A DNA stretch of 64,000 nucleotides from the human T2T-CHM13v2.0 reference genome, Homo sapiens. Positions 1 through 19,619 of the stretch are shown piece after piece; within the stretch, counting starts at the first letter, position 1, and the number at the start of each line of letters is the position of its first letter. The notes beneath the pieces are model-generated. The model made no database searches. It saw only the letters and a program-made list of their open reading frames with translations, and was not told the DNA's origin. A program made the translations under genes and the position numbers. The stretch is from NCBI RefSeq assembly GCF_009914755.1, contig NC_060937.1, one strand, 5' to 3'.

Positions 1-318
1 GACCAGTAAACTGGAAGTAATTGAGAATTAGTTGTTCTTTTAAAATCTTCAGGCATAATGTCAATAATTCAGAATGCCATAGAATCTGACATTAGAAGAG
101 TTAATGTTTAAAAATCAAAGGTATTAACTAAACATTGGAACTAAAATAAATAGGAAACTGGAAGAAAAGCTGAAATGTGCTCCTGTATAAAAGGAAAATC
201 AAAGCCACTGTTGTGCCATATCTGATGACCACATAAGTATGTAAGCATTGTGAGTTTGTATGAGACTTTCTGGTACACATTGGTTGTAAATATGAGGTCA
301 GAGAAAATTCTTGGCTTC

Positions 319-752
<434 letters not shown>

Positions 753-2463
753 TCAAGACTCAGCCCACATGTTTTCCCTCTGAGTCTTCCTGGACCAAAT
801 CCAGCCCAATCCATGATTAGTGTTTGTCATCTATGCCTTGTACTTGGCACTTTTCAAATGTCCCCTTAGCTTGTTACACACATCTTAGGTATGAGTCCTG
901 ATCTTCATTTAAGGTTCAAGAATATTGGAGGCAGGATCTCTGTCTGACAATGATAAGTTGGCTGTTGGAGGTTTACTACAACTTTATAAAAACTTGATCT
1001 TTCTTTCTTTTTCTAGTTCCTCTTCTTCCTAACCTCAAAAATATGAACCTTCACAAACGCTTGCCCTTCTTCTCTCTTTTTTCTACCTCACAATGTTATG
1101 TGTTAAAGATTGATTAATGAGAGTATACATATGAAAGCCCAGGAAGGACTTAGGTGCAGATGTTTTAATTTTGTATGATGCCCTTCCCACTACAAGGTCC
1201 CCCAAGCACATGCACATCCCTGTAATGCTTACTAATATTGATAGTATTTGCCTCATGCTACATGTACTTTCTCAATGATCTCATCTACTTGGGTAGTTTC
1301 ACTGTGATCTTTTAGGGGACAACTCCCCTTCTGCCTCCAGCTGACTCATCTCCCAGCCCCAGGCCTGTATTTCTGATCAGTTGTTCTGTATCCATCTCAG
1401 ACTCAGCACATCCTGAATTGAACTTATCCTTCCATACAAGCCTAGTCCTTTTCTTCATGGAAGCACTGGATCTCAAGTCATAACTGTGCTAGATGTGAGT
1501 CATACTTGAAGTCTCAGAAACATTTCAGCTCCAGAATCCCCCTCTCACCCTCCCCTACCCAATATTGTTTGCCAAATCCTGGTTGAGCCTCCCAGTCTTC
1601 CTAACGTTCTATTTTTTCTGTATTCCCATGTCCGACCTTCATTAAATTTCAACTCCGCTCCCCCACAACCATAGATCCAAGCTTTTAGGCCTCCTGGTGT
1701 TACATGTCAACAAGCTATCCACAATTTGTAGCACCAACCAAGCTTTCTGGCCTCATCTCTTCTGTAATCCTCAAATCCAGTACCATCTCCTTATTTCACA
1801 TTCCCAGAATACACCCTCCACCATCACACAATTAACTTGGCTGAAGCAATTTCCTTTGTCTTGAGTGGTCTTGCCACAAGGATCTTTATAATCCTGCATC
1901 CTCCAAGACACCTTAGAAATTTTACCAACTAAAATTAATTATTCCTTCTAATAGTAATAACTGCCCCTTATAGAGAACTGAATATGTGCCAGGGCCTTGA
2001 CATACATCATCACATTTAATCCAGACCACAACCCAGCGAGTTAGTTATTATAGGTCCACAATCCCTTATCTAAAGCCATGAGGCCAGTTGTGCTTTCAAA
2101 TTTAAAATGCCTTGTTTTTCAGAAGGGTAATACACTGGTATGTATCTCGGTTTCCCCACCTGTAAAATGGAGGATAAATACAAGCACAGTACGTCCCTTA
2201 TGGGATTGTCGTGAAACAGGCAAGGTGTCCCTTCTAGAAGACCCAAGTGAAATTCCCATTCAAATGCATTTTTTGGGGTCTATTTGTTTGACCGTGATTT
2301 TGGCTTTTGAATAATGTGTTACTGGGGAAATGAATGGTTCTAACTTTACAGTTTCCTAGATGTAGCAGGAAGGTGATTTGAGCCTTCAGTTTCATTGCAT
2401 GTTGTGTTTCTTTTTTTTTTTTTTTTTTTTGCAACTGTTACTTCTTTCTGCTACTTAGCCTAA

Positions 2464-2505
2464 CCCCCCCCACCCTCCCTCCCCCCCTCCCCCCCCCTCC
2501 CCACC
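2464..2505 (-). repeat. C-rich tract (potential G-quadruplex on the minus strand)
   Basis: At least five runs of 3 or more C separated by single A or T. Confidence 0.6.
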
Positions 2506-3699
2506 ATACTCAGCGTTTTCTATCAAAAGCCCAGGCCTCCTGCCACTGCAGTTAGAACCCTTTCTTCACTTTTCTGGCCTATTTTATTATTAATTCCTAA
2601 CTTTCTCTGGCAAAAGAAAAATTATCTAGACAATGATTCGCTTCTTTGACAAAACCACTTCATGACAATTATACTAAGTTTTAGGAATTCAATGTAAGCA
2701 TCACGAATACATTTTTTCCTTTTATATCACCATGGGTCTGGATGCAGAAGAGACCAAGAATTTAGCACTGGAAGAGACCTTGAATCTCAGCTAGCACATA
2801 TGACCTGGGTTTGTCTAATTATCTATTATATTTGAGGAAATGAAGGAGCAGGAAGGTCTAGTGACCTGCTCAAGCTTGCATGACTAGTTAGCAAGACAAC
2901 ACTGGCTAGATCCTAGCTGATTTCACCCTGCATCTGCTTTCTGTCACTATTGATTAGTTTGTTTTTCCCAAAATTTCAAATAGAATCATACGGTGTGTGT
3001 TTTTTGTATCTGGCTTCTTTCACTCAGCATAATGTTTTCGAGATTCATCCACATGGTTGCATATATTGGAAGAATATGCTTTTTTATTGTTGAGTAATTT
3101 TTTTTGTAACGACGTACCACAATTTATTTAGCCGTTCTTCTACTGATGGACATTCAGGTTATTTCCAGGTTTTGGCTATTATAAATAAAGCTGCTATGAA
3201 CATTCTTGTATTAATATATGGTGTTTTGTGAACATATATTTTTATTTCCCTTGGGTAAGAAATACTTATGAGTAAGTTTGATGGGCCATAGGGTGGGTGC
3301 ACATTTTGTTTTATAAGAAATTGGTGGTTGCTTTACATCCTCACCCACAGATGGGGTTGCCAGTTTTTTAAATTTTAGTTTTTCTAATGGACACGAAGTT
3401 ATATCTTATTGTGATTTGGATTTACATTTTCTTGATGATTAAGTTGCATTTCCCTGATGGATTTTCATGCACTTACCAGCCATTCCCCATACCTTCCTTT
3501 GTGAGGTGTTGGTTCAAATCTTTTGCCTATTTAATTGGGTTGTTTTTCTTCTTAATAGTGAGTGGTAAAAGTTTGTTTTATATTCTCAATAAAGTCCTTT
3601 GTCAAATATATGTGTTATAAATATATTTTTCCAGTCCGTGGTTTGCATTTTTGTATTTTAAAAGAAGTCATTAGAAGAGCTAATTAAAAACAAAATTTA

Positions 3700-3997
<298 letters not shown>

Positions 3998-4815
3998 TTA
4001 ATGAAATCAAATTTGTCATTATTTTCTTGTATGGATTGTGCTTTTAAAATTTCATTTTACTTTATTTTATTATACGTGTTCAGTATTTCTGTCATAGCAT
4101 GAATCATGCTTTTCTTGTATCTTATCAAAAACATCTTTTTCTTTGCATACTCCACTGCCACAAAGATTTTCTCCCATTTTTTCCAGAAGTTTTATCATTT
4201 TAGCTTTCATATTTATGTCTTTAATCCACTTTGAGTAAATTTTTATGTATGGTGTTAGATAGGGTTGAGGTTCATTTTTTTTCATGTAGATTTCTAGTTG
4301 CTTTGGTACCATTTTTGAAAAAACTATACTTTCCCATTGAATTATATTTGTACCATTGTTGAATATCAGTTATCATAGGTGTATGTGTTTACTTATGTAT
4401 TCTATTTTATTATGCTGCTCTACATGCCCATTGTTTGGACAAATCACACTGTCTTGATCACTATAGCTTCTTGAAATCAGGTAGAGTAATTTCTGCAACT
4501 GTTTCTTTTGCAAAATTATTTTGACTATTCTTGGTTCTTTTAAAATCCATTTGTCAGTTTTTACAAAAAGTCTGATATACCATAAATATGATATATCACG
4601 GCATTTATTTAGACCTTTTTAAAATTCAGCAGTCTTCTATATTTTTCAGTCTATAGGTTTCGTGTATATTTAATTTTCCATAAGTATTTCATTTTTAATG
4701 TTACCATAAACAGAATTCTAATTTCATTTTCCAGTTGTTCATTGCTTGTTATATTGTTTATTTTCTTGTATAGAAATACAATGGACTTTTGTATATTAAC
4801 TTTATATCTCTTCTC

Positions 4816-4940
4816 TTTTTAATTTGAGACAGGGACTTGCTATGTTGCCCAAGCTTACCTCGAACTTCTAGGTGCCAGTAATTCTCCTGTCTCAGCCTCT
4901 TAAGTAGCTGGGATTATCAGCACATGCCACCATGCTGATC
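4816..4940 (-). mobile_element. Degenerate Alu monomer (AluJ/FRAM/FLAM-like)
   Basis: TTGAGACAGGG..TGCTATGTTGCCCA..CTCAGCCTC..GTAGCTGGGATTA. Confidence 0.75.
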
Positions 4941-5481
4941 TATAGCCTTATTTCTTGAGATTTCATAAGTTCTATTATATTTCTTCTTGGTTCTTAGGGA
5001 TTTTCTATTAATACAATAATTTTACCTGTGAATAAAGCCAGTTTTACTTCTTCATTCAAATTTATGTTTCTTCTGTTTCTTCCCTTCTTTTTCCACCCTC
5101 ACCCTCCTTATTGTCTTGACAGATCTCTAGCACAATGTTGAATAGAAATGGTGATAGTGGATACGTTTTCTGTATTCCCAGGGTTAGGAAAAAAACATTC
5201 AATCTTTCAACATTAAAGATGATCTTAACCTTAAGTTTTTTGTTTTTGTTTCTGTATTGTAGATGTCCTTTACTAGGTTGAGAAAGTTACCTTTTAATCC
5301 AAATCTACTGAGAGATTTTTATCTCTTAATAAATGATGAGTTACATTGATTAATGTTCAAAACATTAACACAATGTTAACCAACCTTGTGTTCCTGGAAT
5401 AAGCCCTCACTTGTTCACTACATATTATCTCCTTTTTATATCTTGCTGAATTTGATTTGCCAAAATTTTATCTTGAACTTC

Positions 5482-5843
5482 TTAGGCCTGAGAATCAGGA
5501 GAGTCAATGGTATTAGTGCTTGTCCGGAAGCCATCATGCTTCAAAACCAAGAAGAGCTGATTTTCCAGTTGGAGTCTAAAGGTAAGAAAAGACTGATGTC
5601 TCTCAGCTTACGCAGTCAAGCAAGAGGAGTTCCCTCTTACTCCGGGTTTTTGTTCTATTCAGGTCTGGAATTTATTGGATGAAGTCCACCCACGTTAGGG
5701 AGGGCAATCTGCTTTATTCAGTCTTCCAGTTCAGATATTATTCTCACCAGAAACTTCCTCACAGGTACATCCAGAGTATTGTTTGATAAAGTGTCAGGAT
5801 ATCCCATGGCCTGGCCAAGTTGATACATAAAAGTAACTATCAC
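5482..5843. mobile_element. MLT2-family (ERVL) LTR fragment
   Basis: GGCCTGAGAATCAGGAGAG...AGGGAGGGCAATCTGCTTTA...AACTATCACA terminus, similar to 24810-25258. Confidence 0.7.
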
Positions 5844-6259
5844 ACCTCAGAAACAAACATTTGGAACCTTTAAATTTCAAAGTTGAAAGAGAATTAAAAA
5901 TTCTCTAGTCAGCCACCTTGTTTTGCATGCAATTAAGTGATATCGAGAGATGTAAAGGGCTGACCTAAAAATCACATACATTCATTCATTTATTTAAAAA
6001 TTCAACATTTATTTTAAAAACTTTTATTAAGTGTTAACCATATAATTGTCATTGAAGATATAAAATTAGTAAAAACAGAAAGTCATTGAATTGTGTATTT
6101 AAACAAGTCAGTGTTATGGTACATAAATTATACTTCACATAAAGCTGTTACAAGAAATAAGATCCAGTTCTTTCCATCAAGGAGATGACAGTTTAGTGGA
6201 AGTGTGAGACAAGCATAAATGATTACAATAACTTGTGAACACGCTATAACAGCTGTATG

Positions 6260-7730
<1,471 letters not shown>

Positions 7731-8569
7731 TAGTGGAATAATATGTACTTCTCCAGGACTCTTAAGAGAAGAAAATGAGCGGATTTCTTCTGTGACCAGG
7801 TCAGAGTGTTTTTTCGGGTGAGGAGTGCTAAGATGAGGGAAAGGTTGCTGGTTGTTAAGGAAGAGTTAACTGTAGAAGTGACAGTTTAATTGAGTTGTGA
7901 AAGATAATCAGGAATTTTCCAGGTGGAGAGGTAGATGGCATTACAGTTAGATGGAACAGTGTGTACAAGGCCAGAACATTTTGCAAAAGCACGGCATGGT
8001 CAGAAAATGCTGAAGAGTTGAGTGTTGGATTGGGGAATTGTGGAGCAGGGAAAGAGAATTGGTGGGACCAGAAAGGAGGGCTGGGAGGCCATTCAGAGAA
8101 AGCTATGGAAGACAAAGGCAAATTAGACCCCAGTCTCCCAACTTCCTCTCCAGCACCTTGTCTATTGCTTCATACAGCCTCCATTTTAAGTCTAAAACAC
8201 ATTTTTCTTTTGGCTATTATAGGTTAATACCTTCACTACCCATGTCTTCCTTTAGAAAAAAGAATGCTTCATGATCCCAGAGTGTGAAATTTAAGGCAGG
8301 TAGTTTAAAAAATGCACGCATTTTGAAAAGCAAAAAGCTGAAAGAATTTATATTTTAAATTAGATTATAAATTATTTATTACTCAAATCCAAAAGACTAA
8401 AATAATGGAAACTTCAAAAGAAATGACAGCTGATGCCTAGTGCCAGCCTATTTTCATAATCAATTTTACTCTGTAGAAAACAAAGTGCCATAGAGGGCTG
8501 TGGAAATAAATGTAAATTTGGGGGGATTAAAAAATGTCCTTTAAATTTTTTAGCAACAGGCAAATGGTT

Positions 8570-8662
8570 TTTTAAAAATTTATTTTAATTTTATTTTTAT
8601 TTATGTTTTATTTTTCCATAGGTTATTGGGGTACAGGTGGTGTTTGGTTACATGAATAAGTT
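8570..8662 (-). mobile_element. 3'-terminal stub of an L1PB-like element with its T-rich tail
   Basis: TTCCATAGGTTATTGGGGTACAGGTGGTGTTTGGTTACATGAATAAGTT matches the remembered L1PB 3' end. Confidence 0.7.
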
Positions 8663-8876
8663 TTTATTTATTTATTTATATAAAGTTCTAGGGTACATGT
8701 GCACAACGTGCAAGTTTGTTATATATGTATACATGTGCCATGTTGGTGTGCTGCACCCATTAACTCGTCATTTACATTAGGTATATCTCCTAATGCTATC
8801 CTTCCCCCTTCCCCCAACCCCATGACAGGCCCCAGTGTGTGATGTTCCCCACCCTGTGTCCAAGTGTTCTCATTGT

Positions 8877-12685
<3,809 letters not shown>

Positions 12686-12748
12686 TATGATGTTAGCTGG
12701 TTATTTTGCTCGTTACTTGATGCAGTTTCTTCCTAGCCTCGATGGTCT

Positions 12749-13763
12749 TTACAATGTGGCATGGGTTTGCAGTGGCTGGTACCAGTTGTTCCTTTCCATG
12801 CTTAGTGCTTCCTTCAGGAGCTCTTTTAGGGCAGGCCTGGTGGTGACAAAATCTCTCAGCATTTGCTTGTCTGTAAAGGATTTTATTTCTCCTTCACTTA
12901 TGAAGCTTAGTTGGCTGGATATGAAATTCTGGGTTGAAAATTCTTTTCTTTAAGAATGTTGAATATTGGCCCCCACTCTCTTCTGGCTTGTAGAGTTTCT
13001 ACTGAGAGATCAGCTGTTAGTCTGATGGGCTTCCCTTTGTGGGTAACCGACCTTTCTCTCTGGCTGCTCTTAACATTTTTTCCTTCATTTCAACTTTGGT
13101 GAATCTGACAATTATGTGTCTTGGAGTTGCTCTTCTCGAGGAGTATCTTTGTGGTGATCTCTGTATTTCCTGAATCTGAATGTTGGCCTGCCTTGCTAGA
13201 TTGGGGAAGTTCTCCTGGATAATATCCTGCAGAGTGTTTTCCAACTTGGTTCCATTCTCCCCGTCACTTTCAGGTACACCAATCAGACGTAGATTTGGTC
13301 TTTTCACATAGTCCTGTATTTCTTGGCGGCTTTGTTAGTTTCTTTTTATTCTTTTTTCTCTAAACTTCTCTTCTTGCTTCATTTCATTCATTTGATCTTC
13401 CATCACTGATACCCTTTCTTCCAGTTGATCGAATCAGCTACTGAGGCTTGTGCATTCATCATGTAGTTCTCATGCCGTGGTTTTCAGCTCCATCAGGTCC
13501 TTTAAGGACTTCTCTGCATTGGTTATTTTAGTTAGCCATTCGTCTAATCTTTTTTCAAGGTTTTTAACTTCTTTGCCATGGGTTCGAACTTCCTCCTTTA
13601 GCTTGGAGAAGTTTGATTGTCTGAAGCCTTCTTCTCTCAACTCATCAAAGTCATTCTCCATCCAGCTTTGTTCGGTTGCTGGTGAGGAGCTGCGTTCCTT
13701 TGGAGGGGAAGAGGTGCTCTGATTTTTAGAATTTTCAGTATTTCTGCTCTGTTTTTTCCCCAT
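12749..13763 (-). pseudogene. Disrupted L1 ORF1p
   Basis: MGKKQSR... (13470..13763) and KRPNLRLIGVPESDGENG...RATPRHIIVRF (13017..13307), broken by stops and frameshifts. Confidence 0.95.
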
Positions 13764-14338
13764 CTTTGTGGTTTTGTCTACCTTTGGTCTTTGATGATGG
13801 TGACGTACAGATGGGGTTTTGGTGTGGATGTCCTTTCTGTTTGTTAGTTTTCCTTCTAGCAGTCAGGACCCTCAGCTGCAGGTCTGTTGGCATTTGCTGG
13901 AGGTCCACTCCAGGCCTCGTTTGCCTCAGTATCAGCAGCAAAGGCTGCAGAACGGCGAATATTGGTGAACAGCAAATGTTGCTGCCTGATCATTCCTCTG
14001 GAAGTTTTGTCTCAGAGGAGTACTTGGCCATGTGAGGTGCCAGTCTGCCCCTACTGGGGGATGCCTCCCAGTTAGGCTACTCGGGGGTCAGGAACCCACT
14101 TGAGGAGGCAGTCTGTCCATTCTCAGATCTCAAGCTGCGTGCTGGGAGAGCCACTACTCTCTTCAAAGCTGTCAGACAGGGACATTTAAGTCTGCAGAGG
14201 TTTCTGCTGCCTTTTGTTTGGCTCTGCCCTGCCCCCAGAGGTGGAGTCTACAGAGGCAGACAGGCCTCCTTGAGCTGCAGTGGGCTCCACCCAGTTGGAG
14301 CTTCCCAGCCGCTTTGTTTACCTACTCAAGCCTCAGCA

Positions 14339-14600
14339 ATGGTGGGCGCCCCTCCCAGCCTTGCTGCCGCCTTGCAGTTTGATCTCAGACTGCTGTGCTA
14401 GCAATGAGTGAGGTTCCATGGGCATGGGACCCTCCAAGCCAGGCGTGGGATATAATCTCCTGGTGTGCTGTTTGCTAAGACTATCAGAAAAGCACAGTAT
14501 TAGGGTGGGAGTGACCCGATTTTCCAGGTGCCATCTGTCACCCCTTTCCTTGGCTAGGAAAGGGAATTCCCTGACCCCTTGCACTTCCCGGGTGAGGTGA
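14339..14600 (+). pseudogene. L1 antisense ORF0 remnant
   Basis: ATG GTG GGC GCC CCT at 14339 frameshifts early. ORF 14418..14600 (GPSKPGVGY...SEKHSIRVGVTRFSRC) matches the remembered ORF0 C-terminal half. Confidence 0.75.
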
Positions 14601-14791
14601 TGCCGCGCCCTGCTTCGACTCACACTTGGTGTGCTGCACCCACTGTCCTGCACCCACGGTCCGACAATCCCCAGTGAAATGAACCCAGTACCTCAGTTGG
14701 AAATGCAGAAATCATTTGTCTTCTGTGTGCCTCACGCTGGGAGCTGAAGACTGGAGCTGTTCCTATTCGGCCATCTTGGCTAGCCAAAAAC

Positions 14792-15081
14792 TACCGCAAT
14801 TTCTTTATCCAGTCTATCACTGATGGACATTTGGGTTGGTTCCAAGTCTTTGCTATTGTGAATAGTGCCACAATAAACATATGTGTGCATGTGTCTTAAC
14901 AGCAGCATGATTTATAATCTTTTGGGTATATACCCAGTAATGGGATGGCTGAATCAAATGGTATTTCTAGTTCTAGATCCTTGAGGAATTGCCACACTGT
15001 CTTCCACAATGGTTTGAACCAGTTTACAGTCCCACCAACAGTGTAAAAGTGTTCCTATTTCTCCACATCCTCTCCAGCACC
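14792..15081 (-). mobile_element. Second L1PA fragment (ORF2 3' region) abutting the 5' end of the full-length L1
   Basis: Homologous to 9035-9319 but with different diagnostic bases (CTTTATCC, TATAATC, ACACTGTCTT). Confidence 0.9.
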
Positions 15082-15284
15082 GGCAACAGGCAATTGTTAA
15101 ACTGACATTGATTTTATATTATTACCATTATTATTTGAATTTTTAAATTAAGCAATGAGGTGTGGGAAATTGTGTGTAGTGAACTGATCGTGGACTATAA
15201 TATTAGGTTTTTATTCTTAAAAGTACTTTAATTCTCTTTAATTTGATTAGTCAATCTGAAGATCGGGTATCTTTTATTATATTA

Positions 15285-15522
<238 letters not shown>

Positions 15523-16445
15523 CAATGAGCAGAACAATTATACATTCATTCATTTAATACTTTTTTCTACATCATTCTATGAGCAAGAAATGTAATTTAG
15601 TTTTGGATACCAAATGACCACAAAAGCAAGCAGCTATTTCTCTTTTATTAAAATTCCCATGAGGAGTGCAATGATCTATAGTGTGGAGAACAACCATTCA
15701 AATGAAGTTTTGAGTGTACAGTCTTATTTTATTAAGATAAAATAGTCATGAGAATCTTCCAAAATTCCTATGGAAATCATATCATTTCCATTGACTTGTA
15801 TGTATAAAAACTGACTAAAACGTTGTTAATTTCAGATTCTTGTAGAAACCTGTATTTGCCTTCAAATGTCTCTAAGACTTCCTACACTGGAGTACACTCA
15901 GCCCTCATCCAGCTTATGCAGGCCTGATACTACTATAACAAGACCTATTTTTCTATACCTAAGCAAATATATTCATAGTATTTTAAAATTGCCTTTTTTG
16001 CAACATTTAGCAAGAACCGCACAGTTGTTCTGTCGCTCTGACCTAGCAATCCTGCTCCTAGGAACTTACCCATAAGAACTAATTCCACAAAAGCAAAAAT
16101 CCAGTTGCACAAAGATTTTAACACTATCTATAGCAGCCAAAATCTGAAAGCAAAATCATTTTCTACAACAGGAAAATGACTTAGAAAAGCATAGTGCATC
16201 AACAAGATGTCCTATATGTGATCATTAAAAAGGACACTAGGAAGTGGCAGAAATGTCAAAAATATTTTGGTAAACCTTAAATTAAAAAGCAGTATTTTTT
16301 AAATGACATTTATGTTGTGATTATAAATATACAAAAATAGACGAGCTAGTGGAGGACTAGAAGACAATTTGGAAAATAAAAACAGTTGCTCAGGGTAGGA
16401 TAGAGGAAATTAGGAGTTTATTTTACTTCTTATAAAAATGTCTCA

Positions 16446-16701
<256 letters not shown>

Positions 16702-16914
16702 GTCTCAAGTTTTGTTTTACCTCAGCTTTTCAATTGAAGTAATATAACTACTTGCTATGGAGAATCAATTTAAACCATAAAAACACATACACATAGGTCA
16801 AAAATAAAAGCTGGACTTTTACAGAATTGATCCATATGTGTTCTCTGTGCATTTCCTCCTATAGCTAACTTTCTAGTGCCATCATTTTTACCAATGTCTT
16901 TAAACCTTGTGGAG

Positions 16915-17052
16915 TTGCTTCCAAGATCATGCTGGGCTCCCATCAAACCTATGATACCAAAATCTCTGGGGATTGGGCCTAGGTATATGTATTTTAAATC
17001 CACCCTTCCATCCCCAGGTAATTCTAACATGCAGTTAGGTTCAGAATCAGAG
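16915..17052. mobile_element. MER5A-like hAT MITE remnant
   Basis: AATCTCTGGGG..TGGGCC..AGG..TGTATTTTAA..CCCCAGGTAATTCTAACATGCAG. Confidence 0.6.
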
Positions 17053-18453
17053 GACTTAAAGATGACCTTTCCAAATCGGAAATTTAAAAGCAAACAAAAC
17101 CTCATTTTAAAGAAATACAAAAGTTATAGTCAACATTCAGGTGACTACTTTCAATTTTGATTTCTTGGGATATAGAAATGAGTGGCAGATGTGTTCACAG
17201 TACTACAATCCAAGGCATGATTTTGTGCTGTCCTTGGAAAGCACCAAACTAAAGAAGATCCTACAGAACATAGATGATCCCATCCCGGACCATATCCTCA
17301 AGTGACCGGCTCCTGTGTCCACGTGGCCTTGCCAAAAGGCAGCTAGACGTTCTCAGGGATTTCCCAGAAGGCAAATATTCCTTTCCTCATAAAATTTGCG
17401 TATGGTGCTCAGAATGCTCTATGTATCCCAGAATTTCTATTATTTTGATTTCTAGCCATTTTCAGAAGCCCAGATGCTCCCCTCAGGCACATAAAATTCT
17501 GTAGCCGCCAGGATCCACATAGCAGAGTGGAGGGACACAGCAGAGCTTGGAGTAGGTGCAGGAGGAACAGAGCCCACCATAAATTGTTCTCTGAGTTCCA
17601 GCCAGATGCAATGGGGTCTGCCCCTCAATCTGCCTTTTTCTCCAAAATGAGTGCATTGTAATCCATCTTGGCCCTTCCCTTTTCTCTGCTTTGTGGGTTA
17701 TATGTTATTTTTCCTCACTTCACAAAAACAGGCCATTGTCACAATTTAATATTAATTTAGAAGGAAGCTGACCCGACAAATTTGAGAAAACCAAGTCCCA
17801 GAGAGGATAAATGACTTGCCCACGGTCACGTAACTTGATGATGCCAAGCTGATTTCCTGCCTCGAAAGCCACTTTTCATTATTATGAGGAAATGCATATG
17901 ATTAACCCACAGTCTGGAGGGCATGTGTTTTAGGTTGTTCTCATAGCAGGGACGATTGGCAGTGACTTCATCCACACCCTCCTACCCAGCCATCCTGAAC
18001 GGGTGACACACAGCTGAGACATCTGCTGTGGAGTAGGAAGGCTTCACACTGGGGCATGCTGGAGGGACACTTGAGAGATACAGAACCTGTGGTGCTGTCC
18101 TTGTTAACAGCACACATTCTTAAGATTAGAGCATCTTAGAGGGAAAGGAGAAGGGAGATTCATTTGTGTCTCCAACCTACCCTAGGTTGCATGTTAAACC
18201 ACTCACCACAACATGCAGAGTGGGAGGTAAATAATTCAGTGTATACAGGTTCTGCATATATGTCATCAACGATTGATATGTTTCTGTATTCAGGTGGTTG
18301 TCAATATATGAATGAGATATAGCCTATATTACTCCAAAGAATTTAGTATTTAAAATTCTATATTCATTTTTGTTAGAGAAGATATTACTGCACAAAGGCC
18401 TACTTAGCCCCATATTACTGGATGTGACACTGATGGTTTCAGGAAACTTAACT

Positions 18454-18830
18454 GCTGAGGACTGAATTATGTCCCCCATCCCAAAATTCTACAGGTTGAA
18501 GCCCTAACCCCCTATGTGATGATATTTGGAGATGGGGCCTTTGGGAGGTAATTAGGGTTAGATGATATCATGAAGTACAGTCCTCCTGATGGGCTTAATG
18601 CCCTTCTAAGAAGAGACATCATAGAATTTGCTCTCTCTCCCCCATGTGAGGACACAGGGGGAAAGTGGCCAACTGCAACCTGGAAGAGGCCCTCCCTAGT
18701 ACCCACCCAGGCTGACACTGTGATCTCAGACTTCCAGCCTCCGGAACTGTGGGATAATACATTTCTGCTGTTTAAGCCACTCAGTTTGTGGTGTTTTTTT
18801 TTTTTTTTTTTTTTGCCTAAGCAGACTAAT
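18454..18830 (+). mobile_element. MLT1A-like MaLR LTR
   Basis: GGACTGAATTATGTCCCCC..GTTGAAGCCCTAACCCC..TTTGGGAGGTAATTAGG..GACTTCCAGCCTCC..TTTAAGCCAC. Confidence 0.8.
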
Positions 18831-19039
18831 CCACCAACCTCCAAGAACCATACTAATTCTGTTGGCACACAGCATGGGTACTAGGAACACCAGATGCTCT
18901 TTGCTCTGGGCTGCCAAATGTCCAGCTTTGGAGGGAAGTCAAGGATCCAAAACAGTAGCATAAGTTCTAATGCTAGCTCTGGAAGCTATTCCTATGCAAG
19001 GTATCCAGAAATTAGGCATGTCATAGATAAACATAAAAG

Positions 19040-19600
19040 TACAATTGCACAACGATGTATGCATTCACTCATCCAACAAATATTTATTGAGCGTCAGCTA
19101 TGTGGCAGGCACATAGGTGCTGGGGATATAGTAGTGAACAGAACAGACTCAAATCCCTGTCTGTTGGGGAGGACAGACAATCCATGAAATAAATAAGTAA
19201 AATATATAATCTACTAGACAGTGACAAGTGCTAAGGAGAAAAATTAAGCTGCAAGGGTCCTAAGGGATACTGGTGGTGATGTTAAATAGAGAGGTTAGGG
19301 AAAGTCTTATTAAATAGGTGCTGGGTGAGGTGAGCTAGGGAGCTGTCTGTATATCACCAAAAGAACATTCCAGAATGAACACAAAAGCAAAGGGCATGAG
19401 GTGTGCTGGGAAAATATCAAAAAGGCATGTGTGGCAAAAAAGACACGAAAGGAAGTAAGAGAGGGCAGGGGGTGGCATAGATCATGCAGCATTCATACCA
19501 TTCCATCGACTCCCCTTCTCTGAGCAGAGCTGCAGCACGATCTGCTCCACATTTCAACACAGTCTCTCAGGCTGCTGGGTGTGCAGGGTTGCTCAAGTAA
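19040..19600 (-). mobile_element. L2 fragment
   Basis: CATTCACTCATCCAACAAATATTTATTGAGC is the reverse L2 3' end. Confidence 0.7.
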
Positions 19601-19619
19601 AGGCAACTTTGAAATGTGT

